The notes under the pieces were generated by a model that made no database searches, had not been told where the DNA came from, and saw only the letters and a program-made list of their open reading frames with translations. Both the position numbers and the translations under genes were made by a program. DNA of 64,000 nt, taken from a virus. The stretch covers positions 1-64,000 of the IMG/VR virus record IMGVR_UViG_3300008108_000016; one strand, given 5' to 3'. This document shows positions 37,301-47,002 of the stretch, piece by piece (positions within the stretch are counted from its first letter, which is position 1; the number at the start of each line of letters is the position of its first letter).

Positions 37301-39558
37301 CTAGGATAACTGTTTTGTATAAATGAATAATTAGGTGGACTATTTAATGCGTTTGATGGATTTAAACCAAAGAACAGAGACCTAGTATTAATATCCGCTA
37401 AAAATGATGAATTACTATCAACCGCAACCGAACCTGATGGATTTGTTCCTTCACCCTCAACCTCATCATACTCAGTTTTTTTATCTTCACAAGTACAACT
37501 ATCACAATCGGGATATGATATCATTGGTAATGCAAGTCTTGTAAAGTTTTTTACCTTTAAAATCGCCGGAACAACAATTGCATTGAATAATGCAATTAAT
37601 CCAAGATAGAACAACAATTTTAAAGCGTTTACCGCAATTAATCCAACCGCAGGGAACGCTCCAACCATTGACGCCCCCGCTTCGTAAGCACTAAATATTA
37701 ACCAAGCGTTTACCCCAAATATAAAAAACCACTTTAAAACAGGCCATATCAATGCAATAATATGCGCCAAAGATAATAGAACTATTATCGGAAACGTTAA
37801 AATATTTAAAAAAATACTTGTAATAAATTGCAAGAAATCAAAATTTCTTTGTCCGTCATTTACGGGAAATTTATTATTTTCACTCTGACAAGATCTTTCA
37901 GTTATTTCTTTAATACCTAAATGTCTTGATCTATTTGTACCATTTTTATATCTATCAATAAATGAACTTACAGTATAAATTTTATTATAATGAAATTCAT
38001 AAAAAGTGTCCTCACAATCAATTGCCGATTGTTTATCAACATAATCATCCCAATCCAAACTAAACGCATATGATTTTATTACTTGAAAATAATCTTCAGG
38101 GTAATATGTAAACACAATACTTTGTGGTTGAGTAGGGTCAACAGGATTTGATGTTATCTGAACAGTATTGTTAACAAGTGGTAGTGGAATACTTTCAAAA
38201 CTCCCACCATAAGGAACACCATTTATTTCAATTGAGAAATTTTCTTGATTATTTATCGCATTACTGAAAACTAACCCACCTTGTGGTATTGTAATTGTTA
38301 CAACAGTAACACCCACCGCAAATTGGAAATCATAATTTAATGTGGGTAATGATGTTGGGTCAGTATTTGGGTTTGACCATCCGTGTTCTTTCACATTAGG
38401 AACAAGATAATTACCTCTCATGAAGTTATTATTCAATCCTTCTTCATTCTGCCATTTTACTTTAAATCTATATTTTGACTTTGTTGGGATACCGACAGTA
38501 GGATCATTTGATATAACTTGCTCACCAAATTCATTTGTTGTTATATAATCCAAATTCATTGGTAAATTTGTTAACCAAGTACCATCTCCATCTATAATTT
38601 TTCCATCTTCCTCCAAAACATATTGTTCAAGAATAGGATCCCCATTTTGATCCGTTTCAATCGTTTGTCTTATTGATAATATCTGACCTGGCCCTGCAAC
38701 CAAATCACACATATTACCTGTATTAATTTTTGGTTTACAATTTTTCTTAAGCGAATCTTCATTTGCGGTTGAGACAACTGAACCCATGAAAACTGAAGTA
38801 GGTTGTATATTTACATTTGCGGATCCTGTTAAGTCAAAATCAACTCTTGTAATTCCTAATAAACATATCTCAGGTTCTCCCCATAATGGTTGTACTTCAA
38901 CTATTTTATTTAATGTCACTAGTTGTGGTAGTTCTCTTAAGTTAGTTGATGATTTAAATTTATTACCATTAACTTGTGATTCTGTTGCAATTCCGGCATT
39001 TATTAGATCTTGTGGTGATAATGAAAAACAACCAATGTCAGATAAATCAACATCCATAAACACGGTTTGAGTTCCTGTTGGAACTCCGAATATCATATAA
39101 TCACCACTTTCATTTGTTTTTACGGTAAATTTATAATATTTATCATACACCTCAACCAATGGACTATTAACTAAAACATCTTCTCTTGATGGAAATGTTC
39201 CTGTTGCGGCGTGTCCTTGATATGATGGTTCATATGGTAATAAATTATATCTATATCCATCTTCATTCACATCATCAAGAGATGTATATGGATATAATTC
39301 AGAAATAATTGGATTATTTTGATCTTCTTCTGATATTGGAATAAAGATTGAAACTTTTGCATTTGGGACACCAAATCCACCATTAACTAATACTCTACCA
39401 ACAACAACACCATAATCAGAACAAACTCTTGTATATATATCACTTTGGAGTATCTTAAGTGATAAGATCTCCAAGTATTCAAAATCCTGATCTAATTGTA
39501 TTTTAATGGACTTATCAACACCCGGTTGTGTCCTTATTCTATATGATTTAGGCATCAA
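34366..39558 (-). CDS. very large baseplate-associated protein with N-terminal carboxypeptidase-regulatory-like (transthyretin) fold and internal hydrophobic segment
   Basis: GVVVGRV...GVPNAKVSI...TNESGDYMIFGVPTG; an ~90-aa hydrophobic stretch. The real start may be the ATG at 39555. Confidence 0.7.
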   Translation of the reverse strand: MMPKSYRIRTQPGVDKSIKIQLDQDFEYLEILSLKILQSDIYTRVCSDYGVVVGRVLVNGGFGVPNAKVSIFIPISEEDQNNPIISELYPYTSLDDVNEDGYRYNLLPYEPSYQGHAATGTFPSREDVLVNSPLVEVYDKYYKFTVKTNESGDYMIFGVPTGTQTVFMDVDLSDIGCFSLSPQDLINAGIATESQVNGNKFKSSTNLRELPQLVTLNKIVEVQPLWGEPEICLLGITRVDFDLTGSANVNIQPTSVFMGSVVSTANEDSLKKNCKPKINTGNMCDLVAGPGQILSIRQTIETDQNGDPILEQYVLEEDGKIIDGDGTWLTNLPMNLDYITTNEFGEQVISNDPTVGIPTKSKYRFKVKWQNEEGLNNNFMRGNYLVPNVKEHGWSNPNTDPTSLPTLNYDFQFAVGVTVVTITIPQGGLVFSNAINNQENFSIEINGVPYGGSFESIPLPLVNNTVQITSNPVDPTQPQSIVFTYYPEDYFQVIKSYAFSLDWDDYVDKQSAIDCEDTFYEFHYNKIYTVSSFIDRYKNGTNRSRHLGIKEITERSCQSENNKFPVNDGQRNFDFLQFITSIFLNILTFPIIVLLSLAHIIALIWPVLKWFFIFGVNAWLIFSAYEAGASMVGAFPAVGLIAVNALKLLFYLGLIALFNAIVVPAILKVKNFTRLALPMISYPDCDSCTCEDKKTEYDEVEGEGTNPSGSVAVDSNSSFLADINTRSLFFGLNPSNALNSPPNYSFIQNSYPSLAQGAQNDWLSIFSGIDDSDPTVTIKRAPRQFITDKASNGSELYGYPLTETLSQKMNSFNLRDKYFNNFNVMKYSVNGSADIYDQVFVTLVDPNVITGIQSGDILSFQNPSLSGDWNRLTGLTVTNQFNNTSITGTTFTGSTQIISGNYNDPTMSTNLPPVTINIIQDTNESYYGFASDIEYFQCITGMTVGDFLDTSIGGGNSFRDNYILHLTRYTWGEWFDETDTSLGYGIYSSSKNAIQQIQNYRNLGIIFYVRGVDTYTQRQNISYDLSKIFGLGWGQKVITGNFKLNIPIRGFIGGTTPAIHNRYNNTAAFNNNQLFYPSYGFLPDLTQYNNNPSTGSELPYYYLCTDDSAIGGVSFWTNFTDNGSPTETPLGVILNTDNTITFSNRLLPISSAYYQPLTNYYVGGGSFIYTSTSDPTPDVGSPLTYWHLYSPAYLLYAPSGAFPYMGTLNFNDRLKIVMRSDRLPISTSVDQGTNNYFALHQNNNFTYYKIPDEGVIGFTETVNITSDTSSGNISDVDGNPTLFTSLTCENMVSLECYTGYGTGFTVNSSCDQIDKVVGGCYYLLNKPYVAELGNDINLFLEWKARFNVMFAACRGVFSHMFQNNWINGTLYMPSFNKQTVFNSLGQARYKYCDDIVIYNDVSNNFYYRSSPWNGNDFIGAPSPIPTSIFGTSSPDDSANSRQILFPTTILDMGKRDEFISEICSSSEFEGRYIGNSFMSTSYNDSSDVLQLGIISRLVNATWGQQLFQAGSASINQFFSRTGQRIDGDVAQSFSINSEYQINPFISGNYDDNTVYVGQDSTGPVFGVFYNATGVTNNSEYRNRRALSPGINIYNFSPLLQTIYGYPKSQEVPLYKWKIESSNSIFGNEDNNWFTTANGNQTGTGFYSQRYQGLDASNDDYFKTALMGGSFPNIYYGFITNFDSSGNPVISTPPIANPVIVGTPNHFYFGLKNGKTALNRFIKLYIDTAED

Positions 39559-39628
39559 TTAATCTTTTTTGATAAATAGTTTATTTCCTATTTTCAAAAA
39601 ATAATTCTTTTATTGTAAAAATAAATCA

Positions 39629-41467
39629 TCAAGAGAAATTCACCGTAGCAAGATTAAGAACTCTAACATTAATATCTGTGTTAGGGTATCTTATTTGATA
39701 TATTTGGGTCGGTTCTGCAAATATAGTATCAGCAACTAACCCTATCTCTCTTGTTGTAGGATCAGAATATGATTGTGAAGTTTGTGATGATGAATATTGA
39801 CCCCCAACTTGATTAAAGAACTTCATGTCAGAAATACTAATAACCCCATTTTCACTTTGTATTTGTCTTCTTAATTCTGAAACATATACATTTTCACCCA
39901 TTTGCCTTTGTAAGGGGCTAAAATAATTTGTTATAAGTTCAATAATTTTTGCAACCACAACTCCTTGATTTTGACTTGCATCAAGAACCACATCAACATT
40001 AACACTCAAATCAATAACATTTGCCGATTCAATTGAGATATAATCGTTTATCATTCTATAGTTTGATAAATAATTTGCAACATTATTTTTTAATGTGTTT
40101 GATATAACTTCAGTTAATTTACCTGTTGAGTCGTATGATAACATTTTAACTTTAATTTTATTATTTTCTTCGGTAATTGCAACTTTACCAGGAGCACCAA
40201 ATTGTGAAGGCATATTTCTTATAATTGATTCATAATCATTAATCGTAACCGCCCTATTTTGAGCGGCAAAGTTATAACTAACATATTGTCTAACTTCCTC
40301 CGTTGTCGGAGCATTTGATCCTCCGATTGCTGCGGTAACATTGTTACAAGTTAAAGAATTAACGACAGTTGTGTTTGTTGATTCAGAAGGCCCATTCACA
40401 AAAAATGACACAGTTCCAATCTGATTTATAACGTTAACACCTAAATTGGTTGCTTGCCCACCACCAACTCTATATTGTACAAACAAGGTTGTATTTGCCT
40501 TTAATGCGGATCCAAGGGCTAAATTATTTATATACTTACTTAAATCCAAATTAAAACCATTTCTCGCAAATTCTCTTAATTGTTCATCAGCGGAAACATT
40601 ACCACCACCAAAAGTCATTTTTAAGAAACCTTCAGGAGTATATTCAGTTATAAATTTACTATCTGTTGTTATATATTTCCCAACTTTAACCCCTGGTTGA
40701 TCTGACACTTTTGTTGGGTCTTCAATGAAGACTCTGTTTTCTGCTAACGCAGGAACTTCATACCACCTGTTATTTAATCCCAAGAATTCTTGAGCTGTCG
40801 GTACATTAGTATATTGTGTCCCATCTTTTAATAAAACACTTGTTATACCTAATACATTTTTTTCAGGTAAAAATAATTCAAAGAATGGTTTAATATCATT
40901 TGGACTTATTGTTCTTTTGAATACCTTTGTAATTCCATTTACAACAACTTCTCGTTTAACTATGGTGTAGTTTAGTAATTTACCACTACCATCAAAATTA
41001 GGTATTTTTAGTCTATTTGGGGATCCTTCAGCATTTACCGCAGAAGAAAAATCAATATCATAAACCGTTTCAAATGGTTGACCAGCCCCATTAACCTGTG
41101 ATCCTCTTCTTAATATTCCACAATATCTTAAATCTTCTTTATCACCAAACGCAGGAACTGTAATTGAGAAATCAACCAAAGCAACAGATGGTCTTTGTCC
41201 CGGTATTTTTAAACCATAAGTTCTTGCAATATTATATATTGATGATTTTTGTTGAGCATATTGTAATACAGTTTCTTGTATACTTCTATCAATATTAAAA
41301 TGTAGGTTATCAGTAACCGCAGCATTTAAATCTAATAGAACGGAGAAAATACCCGCATCATTGAAGTTTTGGATTAGATCGGGGTAATAAGTTCTTGTAA
41401 AATTAATTAATTCGGTTCTTATCCCTTGAAAATCTCTGGTTGTATATGATATTTTTTTGTTTGCCAT
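39629..41467 (-). CDS. baseplate wedge protein (T4 gp6 / P2 gpJ-like)
   Basis: DF-x-x-I-x-x-x-L, FGGG, YRVGGG, GGS-x-x-x-T-x-EE, AQNRAVT-x-x-DY. Confidence 0.88.
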   Translation of the reverse strand: MANKKISYTTRDFQGIRTELINFTRTYYPDLIQNFNDAGIFSVLLDLNAAVTDNLHFNIDRSIQETVLQYAQQKSSIYNIARTYGLKIPGQRPSVALVDFSITVPAFGDKEDLRYCGILRRGSQVNGAGQPFETVYDIDFSSAVNAEGSPNRLKIPNFDGSGKLLNYTIVKREVVVNGITKVFKRTISPNDIKPFFELFLPEKNVLGITSVLLKDGTQYTNVPTAQEFLGLNNRWYEVPALAENRVFIEDPTKVSDQPGVKVGKYITTDSKFITEYTPEGFLKMTFGGGNVSADEQLREFARNGFNLDLSKYINNLALGSALKANTTLFVQYRVGGGQATNLGVNVINQIGTVSFFVNGPSESTNTTVVNSLTCNNVTAAIGGSNAPTTEEVRQYVSYNFAAQNRAVTINDYESIIRNMPSQFGAPGKVAITEENNKIKVKMLSYDSTGKLTEVISNTLKNNVANYLSNYRMINDYISIESANVIDLSVNVDVVLDASQNQGVVVAKIIELITNYFSPLQRQMGENVYVSELRRQIQSENGVISISDMKFFNQVGGQYSSSQTSQSYSDPTTREIGLVADTIFAEPTQIYQIRYPNTDINVRVLNLATVNFS

Positions 41468-41472
41468 AACAA

Positions 41473-41931
41473 TTATATATTAATGATCACAAAATCACTT
41501 GATTCAAATGCTGAATTTGTGTTTTTATAATCTATTCTTATTTTTGCGGTATGTTCCAATTGAGATATGTTTGGTACGGTATACTCTCTATTACCTTCAC
41601 CATTCACATAAGTCCCTTTGTTTTCCTCCCCATCGGAAGCGTCGGTTATTTTTATATTAGTTATTGTTATTCCAGGTAAATAGGTTTCAACCGATTGTCT
41701 TATTTCTGATTCAATTTCACTGAACGTAGGCCCATCTAATGGTTCAAAAATGTATTCATACAATCTACTACCAAAATCAGGTAAAAAATATCTAGTACCT
41801 TTTTTACTTAAAAGTAGATGAACCAAATTATTTCTTATTTCCTCATCAGGTGTGTCAGAACAATCCAAATATTTACCAACGTAAGAATCTAAAAAAGGAA
41901 AACTAATACCATATGTAATACCATTTGCCAT
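41473..41931 (-). CDS. baseplate protein gp25/GPW-like (sheath initiator)
   Basis: NL-x-x-LLLSKKGTRYFLPDFGSRL-x-x-YIFEP. Confidence 0.9.
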   Translation of the reverse strand: MANGITYGISFPFLDSYVGKYLDCSDTPDEEIRNNLVHLLLSKKGTRYFLPDFGSRLYEYIFEPLDGPTFSEIESEIRQSVETYLPGITITNIKITDASDGEENKGTYVNGEGNREYTVPNISQLEHTAKIRIDYKNTNSAFESSDFVIINI

Positions 41932-41969
41932 ATAACATAAATATACTGTTAGAATATTTTTAATTAAAT

Positions 41970-41998
41970 AAAAAAATCACAACTCATTGTTGTGATTT
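41970..41998 (-). terminator. intrinsic terminator ending the RNR operon
   Basis: Stem aaatcacaac (41974-83) / gttgtgattt (41989-98), 5-nt loop, U-tract on the - strand. It overlaps the stop of 41984..42211. Confidence 0.7.
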
Positions 41999-42211
41999 CT
42001 GTAAGTTTGTAGTACCTCTCTGATGTCTAGGTTCATATGGACAATTTAAACATCCACTACCGCAACATTTACCTCTTCTTATGTGATAAGATTCGGTCAT
42101 AACCATTCTTCCTTCTTTATCGTAGTAAAAATCACTTGGAAGGAGTTTGGGTGTTACAAACTCCTTCACAAATAATTCTTGTATCCAATCTTTAGATGAG
42201 TGAACTGTCAT
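41984..42211 (-). CDS. small Cys-rich DUF5522-like protein
   Basis: DFYY...V(M)TE-x-YH-x-x-RG-x-CCGSGC-x-x-CPY. Confidence 0.75.
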   Translation of the reverse strand: MTVHSSKDWIQELFVKEFVTPKLLPSDFYYDKEGRMVMTESYHIRRGKCCGSGCLNCPYEPRHQRGTTNLQKSQQ

Positions 42212-42214
42212 AAC

Positions 42215-44074
42215 TTATACTATTTCACAAGCTCCACCGGCACAAGCCGCCTCACCACGAAGATCTGTATTATCTTGTAATTCAACAACCTTTGTTAAAT
42301 CTACATCATTTAATGTATTAAGTAATTTTTCAAAGGTTTCTTTATCACAATCCTCAAACGGTGCTTGGGTATATGTCCCACCATTATAGGGTAATACCGA
42401 AAGACCATTATAATGATCTCTGTTATTCCACATCCAATCACCAACAAGATCCCACTCATCTTCCTTAATAGAAACTGTTGCAGATACGTTGTGAGTATTT
42501 TGACCAGTTCTATGTCCAGATCTAACCCATTCTTGTGAAACTTTCTTCACTCTTTCCAACATTTGGAATACAGATTCGTGTCTCAATATTGATCCTTCAG
42601 GTGATTTTTGAGGGATTGTAATAACCGCAGTATCATGAGGTCGGAAGAACTCATCTTCAATAAGTTCAGGATGATAAATTGATAGGTAAGTATAGATCGC
42701 CTCATTCTTACCTACTCTAATTCTTCTTAGATAATAATCATTATGCCAAGCATGAATACCCGATGAGGTTCCAAGGACAAGTGATGATGTTCCTGAAGGT
42801 TTTACTGTTGTTGTTCTTGCGGCTTTATTAATACCAATCAAAGAAGCAACTCTCTCATTCTCCTCTTTAACCGCCTTTGCTGCTGCTTTCATATCATAAC
42901 CCAAAACAACACCAGATCCAATACCCGTCATTCCAACACCAATAAGGGCATCCTTTTCCGTTGTTCTTTTCCATACATCACGAAGATAATGGAAATCGGT
43001 ATAACCCGCCTGTAGAGTACCAATAAAAGCCGCTCCTCTAACTCTCTTATCAAAATCCTCTTGTGATTCAATATCAGAAGCATTTACCTCACAAAGATTA
43101 CAGAACTGATATGGACGAAGTGCAATCTCACAACATGGGTTTGTACCCCAATCCTTATCGTTAGATAGGTAAATACCCGGTTCACCCGCTCCTGACAATT
43201 CAATTCTCTTCCATAGATCCATAAAATATTCTTGAGTAATTTTATGTCTCAAAAGAACCGCAGAATTGTTTGCTCTACCTCTTTGTGGGTTTTGTTCCCA
43301 CCACGCCCCAGACTTACATGAAATCATTTCATCATCATCTGCGGAGAATAGTGAAATAAGTGCCGCTCTACGAATACCTCCCGCAAGAACCGCATCCGCA
43401 ATATGACATACAATATCATGTACTTCAATAGGGGAAAGTTTCTCATTATCATTCTTTGCGTCCAAAACTTTTTTAATGTTATGAATACAATCTTTAAGTG
43501 GTTGAGGTCCTGGTGCTTTTCCTCCTGATGTTACTAAAAGAGCTCCTTTATGACGAATATCAGAAAAATCAAAAATAGGTGTTGATGACTTGTGTCCAAA
43601 ATATGACTCAAGTAATACTTTAATTGCATCTGCCCACCCTTCAATACTATCACCGATCAGATATCTTCTTGTTCTATTTGGATTTGGTTTTAAAATTTCA
43701 GGTAGTTTGTCTACGTGATGTTTTTGTACTGAGAACCCAACTCCAGTTCCACCTAAAAGAAGGAACATTGTTTCTGAAAACGCATCCACATGATCAATAG
43801 GTAGATATGCACAATTGTAGATTCTATTTGGTGAAATTTCAATTGGTTTACCTCCAAACTGAAGTGATCTCATAGATGGTAAAATCTTTTTATCGTACAC
43901 CATCTTATATACCTCTTCAATCTCATCTTTAATTTGAGGGTATTTTTTTTGGTGCATTTCTTTATTTCTTGTCACCAGTTCTTCCCAAGTTTCTCTTCTT
44001 TGTTTTTCGGGATCATATTTCGCATATTTCATATACACGGTAATATCACTCAATATTTTCTGTGAAATGTCCAT
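42215..44074 (-). CDS. nrdJ: class II (adenosylcobalamin-dependent) ribonucleotide reductase
   Basis: YNCA, GGTGVGFS, AGGIRRAA, TNPCCEI, FCNL, TVKPSGT and a C-terminal CAGGAC redox pair. No small subunit is adjacent. Confidence 0.92.
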   Translation of the reverse strand: MDISQKILSDITVYMKYAKYDPEKQRRETWEELVTRNKEMHQKKYPQIKDEIEEVYKMVYDKKILPSMRSLQFGGKPIEISPNRIYNCAYLPIDHVDAFSETMFLLLGGTGVGFSVQKHHVDKLPEILKPNPNRTRRYLIGDSIEGWADAIKVLLESYFGHKSSTPIFDFSDIRHKGALLVTSGGKAPGPQPLKDCIHNIKKVLDAKNDNEKLSPIEVHDIVCHIADAVLAGGIRRAALISLFSADDDEMISCKSGAWWEQNPQRGRANNSAVLLRHKITQEYFMDLWKRIELSGAGEPGIYLSNDKDWGTNPCCEIALRPYQFCNLCEVNASDIESQEDFDKRVRGAAFIGTLQAGYTDFHYLRDVWKRTTEKDALIGVGMTGIGSGVVLGYDMKAAAKAVKEENERVASLIGINKAARTTTVKPSGTSSLVLGTSSGIHAWHNDYYLRRIRVGKNEAIYTYLSIYHPELIEDEFFRPHDTAVITIPQKSPEGSILRHESVFQMLERVKKVSQEWVRSGHRTGQNTHNVSATVSIKEDEWDLVGDWMWNNRDHYNGLSVLPYNGGTYTQAPFEDCDKETFEKLLNTLNDVDLTKVVELQDNTDLRGEAACAGGACEIV

Positions 44075-44096
44075 TTTTTTTAATTTAATTTGTTTA

Positions 44097-45476
44097 TTAA
44101 TTTTTTGATTCTTTTTGTTTTCTTTTTTCCATCAACTCTTTAACTCGTTGACGTTGTCTTTCTTCTTTTTGTTCTTCAATACCTAAAAATGTCATTGAAC
44201 TTTCGGTATCAATCTCAAGCATTGAGTTGTCAAACTTACAATTTTCAAACACCACACCATCATCTCCGATACGAGACTTGGTAATTGCAATTGTGGCTAA
44301 TTTTAGTTCTTTCTGTTGTAATGTTTTTGCAACAGAAATAATTACGTGTCCAACTTGAGCTTTTTTAATTGATCCTCCCATTTGATCTGTTGTAACAACT
44401 TCCGATGAGATTGAAGATCTATTTCCTTGAGTTGCAGTCCATCCAACAATGTTCAATTCATGACACATTGCTTCAAAACCTCTCATTACAGATCCTTCGC
44501 TCTTCCATTCATCACCTAAATTTTTGTCAGGAACAACACAATCAATATAATCTAAAACAACCATATCTATTTTATTACCATCTGCAATCATTTTTCTGAT
44601 TTCGTTTTTGATCTGCAACATTGTTTTTGTGTCAGATGGTAATTTTTTTAAGATTAGTTGATTAGGCATTTCTTTTTGAATCTCATCCAATTTGTTGAGA
44701 ACTTCTTCTTTTTTGTCTGACAATTCGTCAGGATGAATCTTAGTCCAAAGAGTAATGTGTTTACGCTGAATTATCTTTGGGTTATCCTCAAAAAAGATCT
44801 GAAGTACGTTATTACCTAAGTTAAATGCGTGATTTGAGATCTTGGTTAAGAATGTTGATTTTCCAACCCCAGTTGGTGCCAATATAACACCAATCTCACC
44901 CTTAGCCAAACCACCTTTTAGTAGTCTGTCAATACCAGGAATTCCCATTGGGATTGGGTGTCTGTAATCATCATCCAACACCTGATCCAAATTACTAAAC
45001 ACATTTAAATTACTAATGTCTTTTTCACCAACCTGAAGAGCTTCTCTAAACATTTCCTCAATGGTATCATAACTTTCAAATTCTCCACCATCAACAATTT
45101 TTTGAGCTTTGGTCATTACTTTAACAACCTCTTGTTGCTTACAAAATTTAAGAGCCTTTTCTTGTACAAAATCCCCTCCATCTATAGGTGCGTCCTTAAT
45201 TTTACCGATCATATCCAATACAATTTTGGATGCAACCTCTTGTTGTAATTCGGATTTAGTAATTTGTTCTAGTGTGTCAAATGAAGGTGTGTGGTTATAC
45301 TTTTTATAGTATTCCTTAATCATTTGGATGATTAATTTAAAGTACTTATTTTCAAAATAAGTTGGTGAAATTACATCAATAATAGAATGTGCAAATTCTT
45401 TGTCTAAAATAATTTGATTCAATAATTGAATCTGAAAATTACTCCCTAAATAATCAAAATTTTTCTTTGTCGCCAT
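44097..45476 (-). CDS. dnaB: replicative DNA helicase (DnaB / T4 gp41-like)
   Basis: GGL-x-x-GE, Walker A APTGVGKS, VLDYID, TATQGNR, KSR. Confidence 0.9.
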   Translation of the reverse strand: MATKKNFDYLGSNFQIQLLNQIILDKEFAHSIIDVISPTYFENKYFKLIIQMIKEYYKKYNHTPSFDTLEQITKSELQQEVASKIVLDMIGKIKDAPIDGGDFVQEKALKFCKQQEVVKVMTKAQKIVDGGEFESYDTIEEMFREALQVGEKDISNLNVFSNLDQVLDDDYRHPIPMGIPGIDRLLKGGLAKGEIGVILAPTGVGKSTFLTKISNHAFNLGNNVLQIFFEDNPKIIQRKHITLWTKIHPDELSDKKEEVLNKLDEIQKEMPNQLILKKLPSDTKTMLQIKNEIRKMIADGNKIDMVVLDYIDCVVPDKNLGDEWKSEGSVMRGFEAMCHELNIVGWTATQGNRSSISSEVVTTDQMGGSIKKAQVGHVIISVAKTLQQKELKLATIAITKSRIGDDGVVFENCKFDNSMLEIDTESSMTFLGIEEQKEERQRQRVKELMEKRKQKESKN

Positions 45477-45509
45477 AGTTTTTTTTCTCCCTTGTAAAGA
45501 TAAATACTA

Positions 45510-45968
45510 TCAAGCTATATTAAATCCAGCGTATTCAAAATTAAAATTTTTACCTGAAAAAATGTCAGTTAGATCAGATAATATACCTTTTAGGTACGGG
45601 CGTAGGTCTACGGTGTATCTTACCTTTGGTGGGTATAGTTTAGCGTCAAATATTCTATGACAAATTGTCATATCTGATGTCTTAATAATCATATGATAAT
45701 TCTCATCTCCATCGGTATAAGACGTATTTAAAATTTCAGGATTCTCCTGAATTTCGTATTGATTTTCCAACATATAAACAACCGTTCTCATCTTGAGATC
45801 TTTTTTCATGTTGTCGCATACCTGTTTTACATAATCATATAATTCCATAGATTTTTTAGATTCGGGATTAAAATCTCTAACATTAAAAAATCTTTGTACG
45901 ATAATACTCTCGTTACATTTCAAAAGGAATTCAACTTTTGTAAATTCTTGTTCTCTCATACTTTTCAT
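45510..45968 (-). CDS. hypothetical protein in replication operon
   Basis: 152-aa ORF between the exonuclease and the helicase. Confidence 0.75.
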   Translation of the reverse strand: MKSMREQEFTKVEFLLKCNESIIVQRFFNVRDFNPESKKSMELYDYVKQVCDNMKKDLKMRTVVYMLENQYEIQENPEILNTSYTDGDENYHMIIKTSDMTICHRIFDAKLYPPKVRYTVDLRPYLKGILSDLTDIFSGKNFNFEYAGFNIA

Positions 45969-47002
45969 TTTTTGTTTCTGTAATTTGTTTTTTCTTTTCT
46001 TGTTAATTTTAAAAATGGTTTTAAAAACTCAACCCAATTGTCATCACCTTTTGGTAAGTACTTAAAAAATCCGTCATCCATCATCATTCTAATCAGATTT
46101 CTATATCCTCTACCATCAGGATCTAAACTTTCGGAATAGTATTGTTTAACCAATTCTTTACCTTCTTCTGTTATCATTGGTTTAGATAAATCAACCAACT
46201 TTTCATTTATTTCATAAAACTTATTCCCAAAAATACCATCTTTTGTTTTACCAACTATTAGATTGTTTAAAACAACACTTTTAGTTTGTTCTTGGAGTAA
46301 TGTTTTACCCTTTGTTAAAATATCAGTAAATGAAATCTCTGAATCAAGTATTTCAGGGAATAATTTTATTAATGTTTTTTCTCCCATTAAACTTATTCCA
46401 TCAATATTATCGGATGTATCACCAGCAAGTATTTTAAATGTTTTTACGTTGTAGTGTGGTATACTACAATCCTTAAATTTAATGTTATCCCCAACCCTAT
46501 AATATCTTTTTTGTTGTGGTGAATATATGGATACATTACTTGAAATTAATTGCGTGAGATCCTTATCGCTTGAGAATATAGTTTTGTGTTCATCTGATGA
46601 TATTTGACAATAATAAGCAATTAAATCATCCGCTTCAGCATTTTCAACTTCAAGTTGTCTAACAAACATTTCTTCCAAATATTGTTTTATTCTATTTTTT
46701 TGGTTAAGAAATGAATTTTCTTTTTCTTCAGTATATGAAGACTTTCTATTTCCCTTATACTTTGGGTATAATAGTTTTCTTTGGGATGAATTTTTATCTC
46801 CATCCCAAAAGACAACTACTTTATTAAAGTTTGTTTCCTCTAAAAATTTACGTAAGGTGTTTAAAAAATGCCAAGTTCCACCAACGTGTTCTGATCCATT
46901 AAAGAAATCTTTAACACCGTGAAATCCTATTTTTAACAAATTGTTACCATCAACAATAAGTGTTTTGGTCATTATAATTTTTTTAAATTGTTTGACAATC
47001 AA
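45965..47002 (-). CDS. 5'-3' exonuclease / flap endonuclease (T4 RNase H, Pol I N-terminal-like)
   Basis: IVDGNN, WDG, YKGNR, EADDLI, SSDKDLTQL, GDTSDNI-x-GI. The start is probably the Met at 46972. Confidence 0.92.
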   Translation of the reverse strand: MIVKQFKKIIMTKTLIVDGNNLLKIGFHGVKDFFNGSEHVGGTWHFLNTLRKFLEETNFNKVVVFWDGDKNSSQRKLLYPKYKGNRKSSYTEEKENSFLNQKNRIKQYLEEMFVRQLEVENAEADDLIAYYCQISSDEHKTIFSSDKDLTQLISSNVSIYSPQQKRYYRVGDNIKFKDCSIPHYNVKTFKILAGDTSDNIDGISLMGEKTLIKLFPEILDSEISFTDILTKGKTLLQEQTKSVVLNNLIVGKTKDGIFGNKFYEINEKLVDLSKPMITEEGKELVKQYYSESLDPDGRGYRNLIRMMMDDGFFKYLPKGDDNWVEFLKPFLKLTRKEKTNYRNKK

